NCBI RefSeq assembly: GCF_006345805.1
Contig: NW_021824651.1
Coordinates: forward strand, 1 to 35,815
Direction of reading: 5' to 3'
Length of the DNA stretch: 35,815 bases
Source of the DNA: Octopus sinensis
Taxonomy: Eukaryota
This document shows positions 24,730-35,363 of the stretch, one piece after another. Both the position numbers and the translations under genes were made by a program. Within the stretch, counting starts at the first letter, position 1; every line of letters begins with the position of its first letter. The notes under the pieces are model-generated. The model had not been told where the DNA came from and did not search any database. It saw nothing but the letters and a program-made list of their open reading frames with translations.

Positions 24730-24993
24730 ATGATGTAGAGTAGGTGAAGGAGGATAGAAACTGAGAACTAAGATTCTGTTAAATTTGTAATATTTCAGTT
24801 TTGTCATTCAAATTCCGCCGAGGTCGACTTTGCCTTTCATCATTTCGGGGATCAATAAAATAAGTACCAGTCGAGCACTGGGGTCGATGTTGCCAACTCA
24901 GCCCCTTCCCAGAAACTGCTGGCTTTGTGTCAGAATTTGAAACCAATATTTCAGTTTTGATAATGTTTTAAGAGAATCAGGTTTTTTCAAGTA

Positions 24994-25173
24994 CTCTACT
25001 CTTTTTACCCTTTTACTGTGGCCATGCTGGAGTACCGTCTTTAGTCGAGCAAATCGACCCCAGGACTTATTCTTTTTTTAGCCCAGTACTTATTCTATCG
25101 GTCACTTTTGCCGAACCGCTAATTACGGGTACGTAAACACACCAACATCGGTTGTCAAGCGATGTTGGGGGGA

Positions 25174-25249
<76 letters not shown>

Positions 25250-25418
25250 TATATACGACGGGCTTCTTTCAGTTTCCGTCTACCAAATCCACTCACAAGG
25301 CTTTGGTCGGCCCGAGGCTATAGTAGAAGACACTTGCCCAAGGTGCCACGCAGTGGGACTGAACCCGGAACCATTTGGTTGGTAAGCCAGCTACTTACCA
25401 CACAGCCACTCCTACGCC
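24994..25418 (-). mobile_element. SINE family C, full length, inverted relative to 24323-24729
   Basis: Reverse complement of the same consensus. Confidence 0.88.
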
Positions 25419-26099
25419 TATGAGAATAATTTTTAGAATATTTTTTTATGGTGCTGTCCCACCCCTTTCTCGCTGTTTGTCTATCTGTCTCTCTTTCTTT
25501 CTCTCTTCATCTCTCCCCTCTACGGTCACAAGTTACCGCTTCTTATTTTTCTCTTTCTTACTCTCTCTCCTCTACCAACACGTATAAGAATAACTTTTAA
25601 TTTGTTTTAGTAGTTCTAATGCCTTAGGGTTTCCCGGTATTTTGTCATAATTTTTAAGAACGCCATTTTGGGACCAATGTCCCCAAAGCTCTGATGATCA
25701 CAGATACAACTGTTGCTCTTAGATGCCATATTTTTGAGACCCCTATTTCAGGGTCTTTGTATTTGCTTAAATTTTCATATAATTTTACAGGAGTGTCGCA
25801 GCCTGCTGGGATTTACATGCATATGAGTAGATATGTTTTTATCGCCACCATTATTACCTTTTTCTTTTCCTACATTGGGCACAAGGCCTGAATTTTGGGG
25901 TGGGAAATAGTCGATGATATCAACCCCAGTCTTCGACTGGTACTACTTATTTTATAAAACCCGAAAGGATTAAAGGTAAAGTCGACCTCAGCGGCATTTG
26001 AACTCAGAATGTAAAGTCAGAAGAAATTCCGCTAAGCATTTTTTTTTCCAGCGCGGTAACGATTCTGCTAGCTAGCCTTATTATTATTATTATTTTTTT

Positions 26100-26222
26100 T
26101 TTACCTGTGAATTTGTTTGTGTAATCTGGGAATGCATACAATGAGCTTCTCTGCCCTAGGTGTATGGAAAAAAACCCGGCGAGAAATGGAAGAAAATTTG
26201 AAGAAAAAAAGGAAGAAAAAAT
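26100..26222 (+). mobile_element. Short 3' UTR fragment related to the R4/Dong element
   Basis: tac.atgag.ttct.tgccctagg.gt..ggaa.a.ac.cggc.agaaatggaag.aaatttgaa is shared with about 22593-22660. Again followed by (AAT)n. Confidence 0.65.
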
Positions 26223-26224
26223 TC

Positions 26225-26255
<31 letters not shown>

Positions 26256-26610
26256 TGATGATGATGATGATGATGGGGTTGGTGTAATCGACATAGCCCC
26301 TCTCTGAACTTGCTGGCCTAGTGCCAAAATTTGAAATCATTATTATCATTATTATCAAGGTGGCGAGCAGGAAGGATGGTTAGCGAAGAACTTAGCGGTA
26401 TTTCGTCCGTTTGTACGTTCTGAGTTTAAATTCTGCCGGGGTCGATTTTGTCTTTCTGGGTCGATAACATAAGTACTAGTTGAGTTCCGGCGATCGATGT
26501 AATCGACTATCCCCACTCTCCTCCAAATTTCAGGCCTTGTGCCTATAGTAGAAAGGATTATTATAATTATTGTTGTTGTTGTTGTTGTTGTTTTTTGTTT
26601 TGTCATTAGT

Positions 26611-26995
26611 GGAGGCGCAATGGCCCAGTGGTTAGGGCAGCGGACTCGCGGTCATAGGATCGCGGTTTCGATTCCCAGACCGGGCGTTGTGAGTGTTTAT
26701 TGAGCGAAAACACCTAAAAGTTCCACGACGCTCCGGCAGGGGATGGTGGTGATCCCTGCTGTACTCTTTCACCACAACTTTCTCTCACTCTTACTTCCTG
26801 TTTCTGTTGTACCTGTATTTCAAAGGGCCGGCCTTGTCACTCTCTGTGTCCACGCTGAATATCCCGGAGAACTATGTTAAGGGTGCACGTGTCTGTGGAG
26901 TGCTCAGCCACTTACACGTTAATTTCACGAGCAGGCTGTTCCGTTGATTCGGATCAACCGGAACCCTCATCGTCGTAACCGACGGAGTGCTTCCA
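26611..26995 (+). mobile_element. SINE family D, full length
   Basis: Near-identical to 3213-3595. Confidence 0.9.
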
Positions 26996-27503
26996 CTGTT
27001 GTCATCATTGAAATATTAATTAATACGAAAAGGGAAAAAATCAGAAAGCAACCAAGCCAAGCAAATATCCTGAGATTCTTGGAGAAGCAGAAAAGTCAAC
27101 TATAAATCATGTAATTTCAGTAATTATAAAAGAAGCTAATTTCTACTCTTCTCAACGATTTGAAAGACAAAAAAAATGGTGCCTTGGTTTCCATGGTGAC
27201 GGAGAATTTTCAATTAAATTTCCATTGATTTAGAAAGCAATTTCAGAGTCGCCATTTTTCATATGAAATATATTTATTAATCCACTGTCTTGATCAATAT
27301 CTGTGGGCATGTTGAGTCATTCATGTGGAACGAAATATTTTTAGTGATAACACCACACTCTCCCACTCTGTCGCTCGCTCGCCCTGTTTATCTGTCTGTC
27401 TGTCTCTCTCTCACTCTCTCTCTCACTCTCTCTCTCTCTGTCTCACACACACACACACACACATATATATACATATTTACATGATGGACCTTCACACAGT
27501 TTC

Positions 27504-27925
27504 CTTATTTCTTTATTGCCCACAAGGGGCTACACACAGAGAGGAAAACAAGGATAGACAAACAGATTAAGTCGATTTCATCGAACCCCAGTGTGTAACT
27601 GGTACTTATTTAATCGACCCCGAAAGGATGAAAGGCAAAGTCGACCTCGGCGGAATTTGAACTCAGGACGTAAAGACAAACAAAATACTTATTTCTTTAC
27701 TACCCACAAGGGACTAAACACAGAGAGGACAAACAAAGACAGACAAACGGATTAAGTCGATTATATCGACCCCAGTGCGTAACTGGTACTTAATTTATCG
27801 ACCCCGAAAAGATCCGATGAAAGGCAAAGTCGACCTCGGCGGAATTTGAACTCACAACGTAACGCAGACGAAATACCGCTAAGCATTTCGCCCGGCGTGC
27901 TAACGTTTCTGCCAGCTCGCGGAAA
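27504..27925 (-). mobile_element. SINE family B dimer nested in a family C SINE
   Basis: The family C head at about 27926-28050 resumes at about 27490. Imperfect TSD cttcacacagtttc / cttccacagagtttc. Confidence 0.8.
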
Positions 27926-28329
27926 CTTCCACAGAGTTTCTGTCTACCAAATTCATTCATAATGCATTGCTGAAAACACTTGCCCAAAGTGCAACGCAGT
28001 GGGACTGAACCCGCAACCACATGGTTGCTTGACAAGCTTCTTAACCACTCTTCTATGTGCCTAAGTATATAAAGAAAACATCAGTAAATCCTGGCACACA
28101 CACGCACCTACGAACACATTCATACCGGTTGCGGAGCACTGGTTTAGAGTACCGCAGAATGTGCATATAATGCCGAATGTACTTTTGGTGAACATGAAGT
28201 ATACTCATAGAGCATCTGGGTCGCCAACATACGACGAACGGGAACGTGAAACTCCGAGTAACAGCTTTTGTTAAATTTCTGCTGCTTTTAAATAAAGCAT
28301 ATTACTCTACCTTTGGTATATATATTAGT

Positions 28330-28719
28330 CTTTACTCTTTTACTTGTTTCAGTCATTTTGACTGCGGCCATGCTGGAGCACCGCCTTTAGTCGAGCAAAT
28401 CGACCCCGGGACTTATTCTTTGTAAGCCCAGTACTTATTCTATCGTTCTCTTTTGTCGAACCGCTAAGTGACGGGGACGTAAACACACCAGCATCGGTTG
28501 TCAAGCAATGCTAGAGGGACAAACACAGACACACAAACATATACACACACATACATATATACGACAGGCTTCCTTCAGTTTCCGTCTATCAAATCCACTC
28601 ACAAGGCTTTGGTCGGCCCGAGGCTATAGAAGAAGACACTTGCCCAAGATGCCACGCAGTGGGACTGAACCCGGAACCATGTGTTTGGTTAGCAAGCTAC
28701 TTACCACACAGCCACTCCT

Positions 28720-28723
<4 letters not shown>
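28330..28723 (-). mobile_element. SINE family C, full length
   Basis: Same consensus. Shares diagnostics (gaccccggg, agcccagtac, gctaagtgac) with the 3' half-copy at 8901-9106. Confidence 0.88.
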
Positions 28724-28783
<60 letters not shown>

Positions 28784-28993
28784 AATATTAGGGAATAAAT
28801 CCAAACTTACAGGGAAAAATCAGATTTTGGATTGAATCCAATTTTATAGTAAAATATTATATTATACTAAATTAGAGATAAAACCACTATTAGGCAATCA
28901 TACAATGAAAAACTTAAGCCAATACATAAGATTAATTAAATTGTATTATTTTAAATATATATCAAAATTATTAAAAAAAGATAATTAGTATAA

Positions 28994-29056
28994 CACTACG
29001 ATCGTTTCATGGCTGTCCAATTCTTAAAATTTCGGGTTACAGTCATTCTTCAGGTG
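28994..29056 (-). ncRNA. Type I hammerhead ribozyme motif (left palindrome arm)
   Basis: Exact reverse complement of the 29184-29246 motif: CAC-CUGAAGA-stem II-GAAAC-GAUC-GUA-GUG. Confidence 0.7.
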
Positions 29057-29183
29057 ATTTAAATATTTAACTTAGTGAGGTTTAATCATTGATTAAACAT
29101 CGCTAAGTTAAATATTTAAATCACCTGAAGAATGACTGTAACCCGAAATTTTGATTAAACCTCGCTAAGTTAAATATTTAATT

Positions 29184-29246
29184 CACCTGAAGAATGACTG
29201 TAACCCGAAATTTTAAGAATTGGACAGCCATGAAACGATCGTAGTG
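29184..29246 (+). ncRNA. Type I hammerhead ribozyme motif (right palindrome arm)
   Basis: Stem I CAC(29184-86)/GUG(29244-46). Core CUGAAGA 29187-93. Stem II AUGACUGU(29194-201)/ACAGCCAU(29224-31), 7 of 8 pairs. GAAAC 29232-36. Self-complementary stem III ACGAUCGU. Cleavage triplet GUA 29241-43. Confidence 0.72.
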
Positions 29247-29642
29247 TTATACTAATTATCTTTTTTTAATAATTTTGATATATATTTAAAATAATATAAT
29301 TTAATTAATCTTATGTATTGGCTTGAGTTTTTCATTGTATGATTTGCCTAATAGTGGTTTTATCTCTAATTTATGCTTAATTACTATTATTATAAATGCG
29401 TATATACACATTTAAGTATGCTCTCTTTGCTTGTACAGATATGTACAAACATTTGTACACACACTCGTCTAAACACTGAGATATGTTTTAGGTCAAGTAG
29501 TACTAAGCGTGTGTGCATATGTGTTCGTGTGTGAATGTATTTCTCTGTGCATACGTATGTGTACGATAGTATGCGCATATGTTAATTGTATCTATATGTA
29601 TAAGTGTGTGTATACATACATACATACACATACATACATACA

Positions 29643-29675
<33 letters not shown>

Positions 29676-29755
29676 TAAATTAGAGATAAAACCACTATTA
29701 TGCAAATCAAACAATGAAAAACAAGCCAATACATATAATTAATTAATTTATATTA

Positions 29756-29809
<54 letters not shown>

Positions 29810-30391
29810 TATATATATACTTGTATATGATAGATATTCCCATGCATATGTGTACTCAAATATGTGTATGTAACCTATGCGTGTATATATATGTGTGTCA
29901 GTATGTATGTATAAACAGAGAGAGAGAGAGAAAGAGAGATGAGACTGAGAGGGAGAGACGTATGTGATATGAGACACGTGACCTGAGTAATGGCGGCGAT
30001 GTCTGTAAAAAATGCGTTTATTTTGATTAACGTTAAAAACAGGCTGCAGTAGTTTGTTATTTATTTCATGTCTTTCAGACAAGTATATGATAAGAGCCTC
30101 TTACCGTTCGTGTGACTGACGTGCTGCTGATAATAGTGTTGGTGCTAGGCTGTTTAGTATATTTCAAGATCTTGTTAGACTGAGAATAGCCTGCAACGAT
30201 GCTATTTAAATATTTATTCTGGTATGACGAAAATGCAGGTGTACCGCGTTTTCTTAAGCTTGATTTTTTTGACTCCGTTGTATTTCGGGAAGGTTATCAT
30301 GCCAACAATAAACACACGCACTGGTTCTGTTTCACTTCTTTAATTTATTAGTCAACTGTTCGATCATTTAATCAATAAACTGGAAGGAATT

Positions 30392-30730
30392 GTGCCAAAT
30401 TTTGGCATTGTAAACTACACCAATGCTAGAACGGGACGACACTGCATAGTGCCAAAGATCCCAGCAATGCCATCACGCTTCGGGACCAGCTTCTGCAACA
30501 GCCTGGGTTTCAGGGGCCCACAGCTTTTTAATATTCTCCCAAAGAGTCTGAGAAACTTGCACAAAGTTCACCACACCAATACTAGAACGGGACGACACTG
30601 CATAGTGCCAAAGATCCCAGCAATGCCATCACGCTTCAGGACCAGCTTCTGCAACAGCCTGGGTTTCAGGGCCCCATAGCTTTTTTAATATTCTCCCAAA
30701 GAGTCTGAGGAACTTGCACAAAGTTCACCA
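30392..30730 (+). mobile_element. LINE ORF2 C-terminal fragment with a 156-bp tandem duplication
   Basis: RTGRHCIVPKIP...SLGFRGPQLFNILPKSLRN matches the CR1/L2-group R.GR.C.VP...GP.LFN.LP..LR terminus. Units are 30418-30573 and 30574-30730. Confidence 0.7.
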
Positions 30731-31597
30731 AGTGCCACATATTAGAGGAGGTTCTTCGTAATAACAGTGTAGCACAAAACGGCGGTGCATCAGCATGGCC
30801 GCAGCTCTAAGCTGAAACAAGCAAAAAAAAACCCAAAAAAACTAATCGATTGTCTGATTACTCGCTCGGTTAATCGATCAATGAGCTGGGTTTGTTATAG
30901 TCAATATTTTGTGCTAGGCTGTTTAGTATATTTCAACTGTTTGATTACTCATTCTGTTAATATATCAATCGACCAGCAGGGTTTTTCAAAGCCATTTCGA
31001 TGCTGTTCGTAACTACATCATTAATTTACTACCCCAGACATTATATATATAGATAATTGGTATGTGTTCACAAAGTCCAAACGATTAATACGAAAAAACC
31101 CTCCAGGCTACATCCCGAAAATTCATTTCTTTCCCGAATTTCTACAATGTTTACGGCGATTCGTTTTTAGATCTTGATTTTTTTTTATTTTTCATGTAAT
31201 TTACGCATACTTGCACGCGAGGTGAACACAGTTCACGTCAAACAGCTGACTGAGTAAAGTTCACTATTCAATGCATGGGATAAGGCCTAAACAAACACAT
31301 TATCGATTTTTGCACTTGCGAGATGAATTTCGGAACAGAAATAGCGCAGTTCAATTTTCATTCACCTAAACTTTAAGTGACCCATTTTTATATTCACACC
31401 TATATTTTACCCGCTCATTTTTAAAGAACATTCTAGTCGTTCGGTGTTGCTAATGTCAAACAAGTCAACGAATGTCCCTACTAAAGGTCTCTCGACATAT
31501 AAAAAATAGCAGCCAAATTTCCCTATTTTAATAACGTCTTACTGTCCAGCAAAAAGGTAAGAGACATTGGATGACGTTAGCCCAAATGCATTATACC

Positions 31598-31825
31598 TAT
31601 TTCTTTACTACCCACCAGGGGCTTAACACAGAGAGGACAAACAGGGACAGACAAAGGTATTAAGTCGATTATATCGACCCCAGTGCGTAACTGGTCCTTA
31701 ATTTATTAACCCCGAAAGGACGAAAGGCAAAGTCGACCTCGGCGGAATTTGAACTCAGAACGTAGCGACAGACGAAATACTGCTATGCATTTCGCCCGTC
31801 GTGCAAACGTTTCTGCCAGCTCGCC
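31598..31825 (-). mobile_element. SINE family B, tail type 1
   Basis: 10-bp TSD gcattatacc at 31588-31597 and 31826-31835. Confidence 0.88.
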
Positions 31826-31996
31826 GCATTATACCAAGGAAGAAAAACGAGGGAAGCTTTTCATGTTCTCAGATGGAAAGATTTTCATCATAGTTCTACC
31901 CAGTCCCGAAGTATTTTCAGCCTTCATCAACTAATTCCAGCAACAACAACAACAGCAGTTGCGGCAGCAACTGCAGCAACTGCAGCAACAACAACA

Positions 31997-32405
31997 GGAG
32001 GCGCAATGGCCCAGTGGTTAGGGCAGCAGACTCGCGGTCGGAGGATCGCAGTTTCGATTCCCAGACCGGGCGTTGTGTGTGTTTATTGAGCGAAAACACC
32101 TAAAGTTCCACGAGGATCCGGCAGGGGTGGTGGCGACCCCTGTTGTACTCTTTCGCTCTAACTTCCTCTCACTCTTTCTTCCTGTTTCTTGTCCCCCGAC
32201 TTCCTTACGCAACCGCTGAGCCTGGATGCGCATTCATCCATCCGTCGATGCTCTCGGTGTCGGGGGTTGACTCGCTTTCTCTCTTCTGCGGGTCTTACGA
32301 ATAGCAAGGGACCGCGTTTCGGACTTCTCCCACTACCGACAATCCTGAGGCGCGATCTTGCGAGATCTGGGACGAAGACCGCTTCGCTCAACAAACAAAC
32401 AAACA
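31997..32405 (+). mobile_element. Chimeric SINE: family D head and body + unrelated tail T3 ending in (AAAC)n
   Basis: Matches family D up to about 32185 (cttcctgtttct), then switches to a GC-richer tail. caacaacaaca flanks both ends. Confidence 0.75.
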
Positions 32406-32472
32406 AACAACAACAACAATTGCCGTTGTCATGGAAATATTAGATTTGTGTAATCTACATTTTTAATAATTA

Positions 32473-32871
32473 CTAGCAGTATCGCCCGGCGTTGCTCAGG
32501 TTTGTAAGGGAAATAACTATATAAGCATTTTTAGAGAGTTATAGCCAAAAAAATAGCAAAAAAATGCATTAAAAATGGAAAAAAAATTATGGTAAATTTT
32601 TTTTAAATCGTTGACTCATCGTAGACATTTTTAGAGAGTTACTTCCCTTATATAATAGCGAAAAAAATGCATTAAAATGGAAAAAAATGATGGTAAATTT
32701 TTTTTTTAATCGTAGACTCATCGTAGACGCGCGCTAATACCCAGAAGGGCTCGATATGAATCACGACTATAAGATACCCGCTTTTGGTTAAACTGCACCG
32801 CAAAATGTGGGAGTAGTTAGGAATCTAAATCGTAGGAGACAGACACACAACTTGACTTTTATATATAAAGA
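32473..32871 (-). mobile_element. Non-autonomous Helitron with canonical ends
   Basis: A|TC...hairpin...CTAG|T, all Helitron hallmarks intact. Same family as the copies at 16.2-17.4 kb. Confidence 0.85.
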
Positions 32872-33148
32872 TTACTAACTGAGAGGTTGACTAAAAACAG
32901 TCTATTCAACAGCATTTTGTCGTTACTAACTATTAACCTAACTAAATTTTGTAGTTTTCATAATTACTGCCAACAACTACTTCAACTGTTTTTAACAATT
33001 TTTTTTTTAATGATTACTAATTTACTGACAAAACTGTATACTAGTTTCATAGACGCCATCTGGTCCTGCTGGTTTAATTGAATTTTATAGTTCGTAGACA
33101 TTGCCAAATAACATTCCAGCTGTACTGTATAGTCTCATAGTTAACGCA

Positions 33149-33293
33149 GGTATAGGGGTGGATGTGTGGTAAGAGGTTTGCTTCCAAGTCACATGGCTCT
33201 GGGTTCAGTCCCACTGCGTGGCACCTTGCGTCCTTCAAAGTCTTGTGAGCGGATTTGGTAGACGGAAACCGAAAAAAAGCCTGCCGTCGTGTG

Positions 33294-33328
<35 letters not shown>

Positions 33329-33572
33329 TTATTTATGTATGTATATTTGTCTTTGTGTGTGCCTTTGTATCTGTGTTTGTTCCCCACAACCGCTTTACAA
33401 CCGGTGCTGGTTTATTTATCTCCCTGTAACCAAGTGGTTCGGCAAAAGCAACTGATAGAATAAATACCAGGCTTTAAAAAACAATAAGTCCATGGGTCCA
33501 TTCATTTGACTAAAAACTTCTCGAGGCGATGCCCCTGCATGGCCGCAGTCTAATGACTGAAACAAGTAAAAC
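33149..33572 (+). mobile_element. SINE family C, diverged (others at about 150-600 + and 8901-9106 -)
   Basis: Same head, core and tail blocks with more substitutions. Confidence 0.8.
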
Positions 33573-34032
33573 AAGGGATAAAAAATAACTTTTCTTACAA
33601 TTTCTTATTATAGTCTTAATCTATTATCTAACTTCTAATTTATAGTCTAACTGCTAATTTATAGTCTAACTGTATTTGGGGGTTGATGGTTCTTTTGGAG
33701 TTACAGCAGAGCATTTTATTTTGAAAGTTGAAAAGAATTGGCTTGGCTCATTGAAGTACTGAAGCGCAGTTTTCACTAGGTTGGTCCATCTTCGACTATA
33801 CATTACACACAGATTACGCTCTTCAGAAATACATCACAAATATGACGGGTGCCATCTCTATTTCCTTGCTGGTGTTGTTAAGTCAAGAAGTAGAATTTTG
33901 GACCAAGTCAAAGGATCTGCTGGCTGCAATTTTTTTTCTTTTTAAAAAAGGCCATTGTGCTAAATGAAATGAAATGAAATGAAATGGAAAAAGACGTGAG
34001 ATAAAGTTGTGTGTTTTCTTCTTTTCTTCCAG

Positions 34033-34139
34033 CCGTAATTACCGCAGACGCCGACAACCTGAGTGAAGTATTCAAGGAAGAATCAGGCCGAATCCAAAAG
34101 AATGTGGACACCATTAAAAAAAGACTTGATGATGCTGGG
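34033..34139 (+). CDS. Universal stress protein, penultimate coding exon
   Basis: Polypyrimidine tract plus AG at 34031-34032, donor GTAAGA at 34140. 107 nt = 2+105, reading [S]VITADADNLSEVFKEESGRIQKNVDTIKKRLDDAG. Ends in phase 0, matching the last exon. Confidence 0.88.
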
Positions 34140-34922
34140 GTAAGACTACTATTTATTTTAATACTTAGCGGAATCCGGGGTTCATTTCTTCGTTCTTTTT
34201 ATGAATGGGCTTTTTATTTTCATGTCTTCGATTTTGTTTCATAGTTAAGGTTGCTTACAGTGGAACACTTAAAAAATAGGTCGTGACAAGTAGAATAAAT
34301 ATTATAGATTTGCATGGTGGCACACACACATACACACACACTCATACACACACACAAACTCTCCCTCTCTTTCGCTGTCTGTCTGTCTGTCCCTATGGAA
34401 GACGAGAGTGAAAGGAATTGCAACAGGCATGTTCATCTCCAGTCTCGAGCTAATCGACTTTTTCGTTTTCCACATGAAACGGAAAATAAGGCTGGAGAAG
34501 AAATGCCTGTCGCAAAGTGTGTTTCGTAAAAGATGGAAGTCTATAGCAAGTATGTTGCGAGTGAAAGAACCTGTTTAAACGAGAATATAAAAAAGGAGAA
34601 AGCAAAGTCTTCAGTGTGAGTATGTGGTTTGTGGGATCGACTGCGTCCTCCGCTTCATTTTTTGTTAATCATTCATTCTCATTTAATTGTATATATTTTG
34701 TTGTGTCTGGGGAGAGTCATTCTCTTTTAGTGCCTTATTATTTAACACACTCACCGGTAAAATTTCCACTTTTTTCTTTTTTTTTTTATTTTCCTAAAAT
34801 TTTCGTTGCGTCTTGCAACCTTTTCAATAGTCTTGACTCTCCCCAGACACAACAGAATATGCTTCAACACACGAACTCATATAAAGAATCTTGCAAACCA
34901 AAATCCCAAAACGAAATGTAAA

Positions 34923-35200
34923 TATTTTAATTGTCTGTTTATTCATACGTTTCGTCTCATTCGATACCCTGACCCCAATGTTTGTTTTGTCTGTCCCTGT
35001 ATTGTCCCCTCTTTTTCTCTTTTGGTGAATAAAGAAATACTCTCCTCCCCCCCTCTCTGTTAATCATTCATTCTCATTTAATTGTATGTATTTTAATTGT
35101 TTGTTTATTCATACATTTCGTCTCATTCGATACCCTGACCCCAACGTTTGTTTTGTCTGTCCTCGTATCGTCCCCTCTTTTTCTCAACCTCATGGTGAAT
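34923..35200. repeat. 166-bp-period tandem duplication in the last USP intron
   Basis: ttcgtctcattcgataccctgacccc at 34951 and 35117. Confidence 0.85.
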
Positions 35201-35363
35201 AAAGATCTATAATCTCTCTCTTTCTGTCTGTCAGTCTGTCTTTCTCTCTCTGTGTCTCTCTCTCTGTCTTTCTCTCTCTCTCCCATAAAAGTGAGAGAAA
35301 CTGAGAATGAGGGGAATCTCAATTTACCGATTTGTCTTAAAGATTTAATTTCTTTGCTTTCAG

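Larger units (their letters stand above)
28868..29373. repeat. 506-bp palindrome, probable inverted Penelope-like terminal-repeat remnant
   Basis: Arms 28868-29088 and 29152-29373 differ at about 5 positions. Centre gtttaatca-T-tgattaaac at 29089. An extra 62-bp tandem copy lies at 29090-29151. A diverged third fragment is at about 29676-29760. The palindrome is directly seen; the Penelope assignment is inferred from the hammerhead motif. Confidence 0.8.

Noticed and set aside
25691-25698. Isolated CTGATGA
   Set aside because: No downstream stem II or GAAA, so a chance match.
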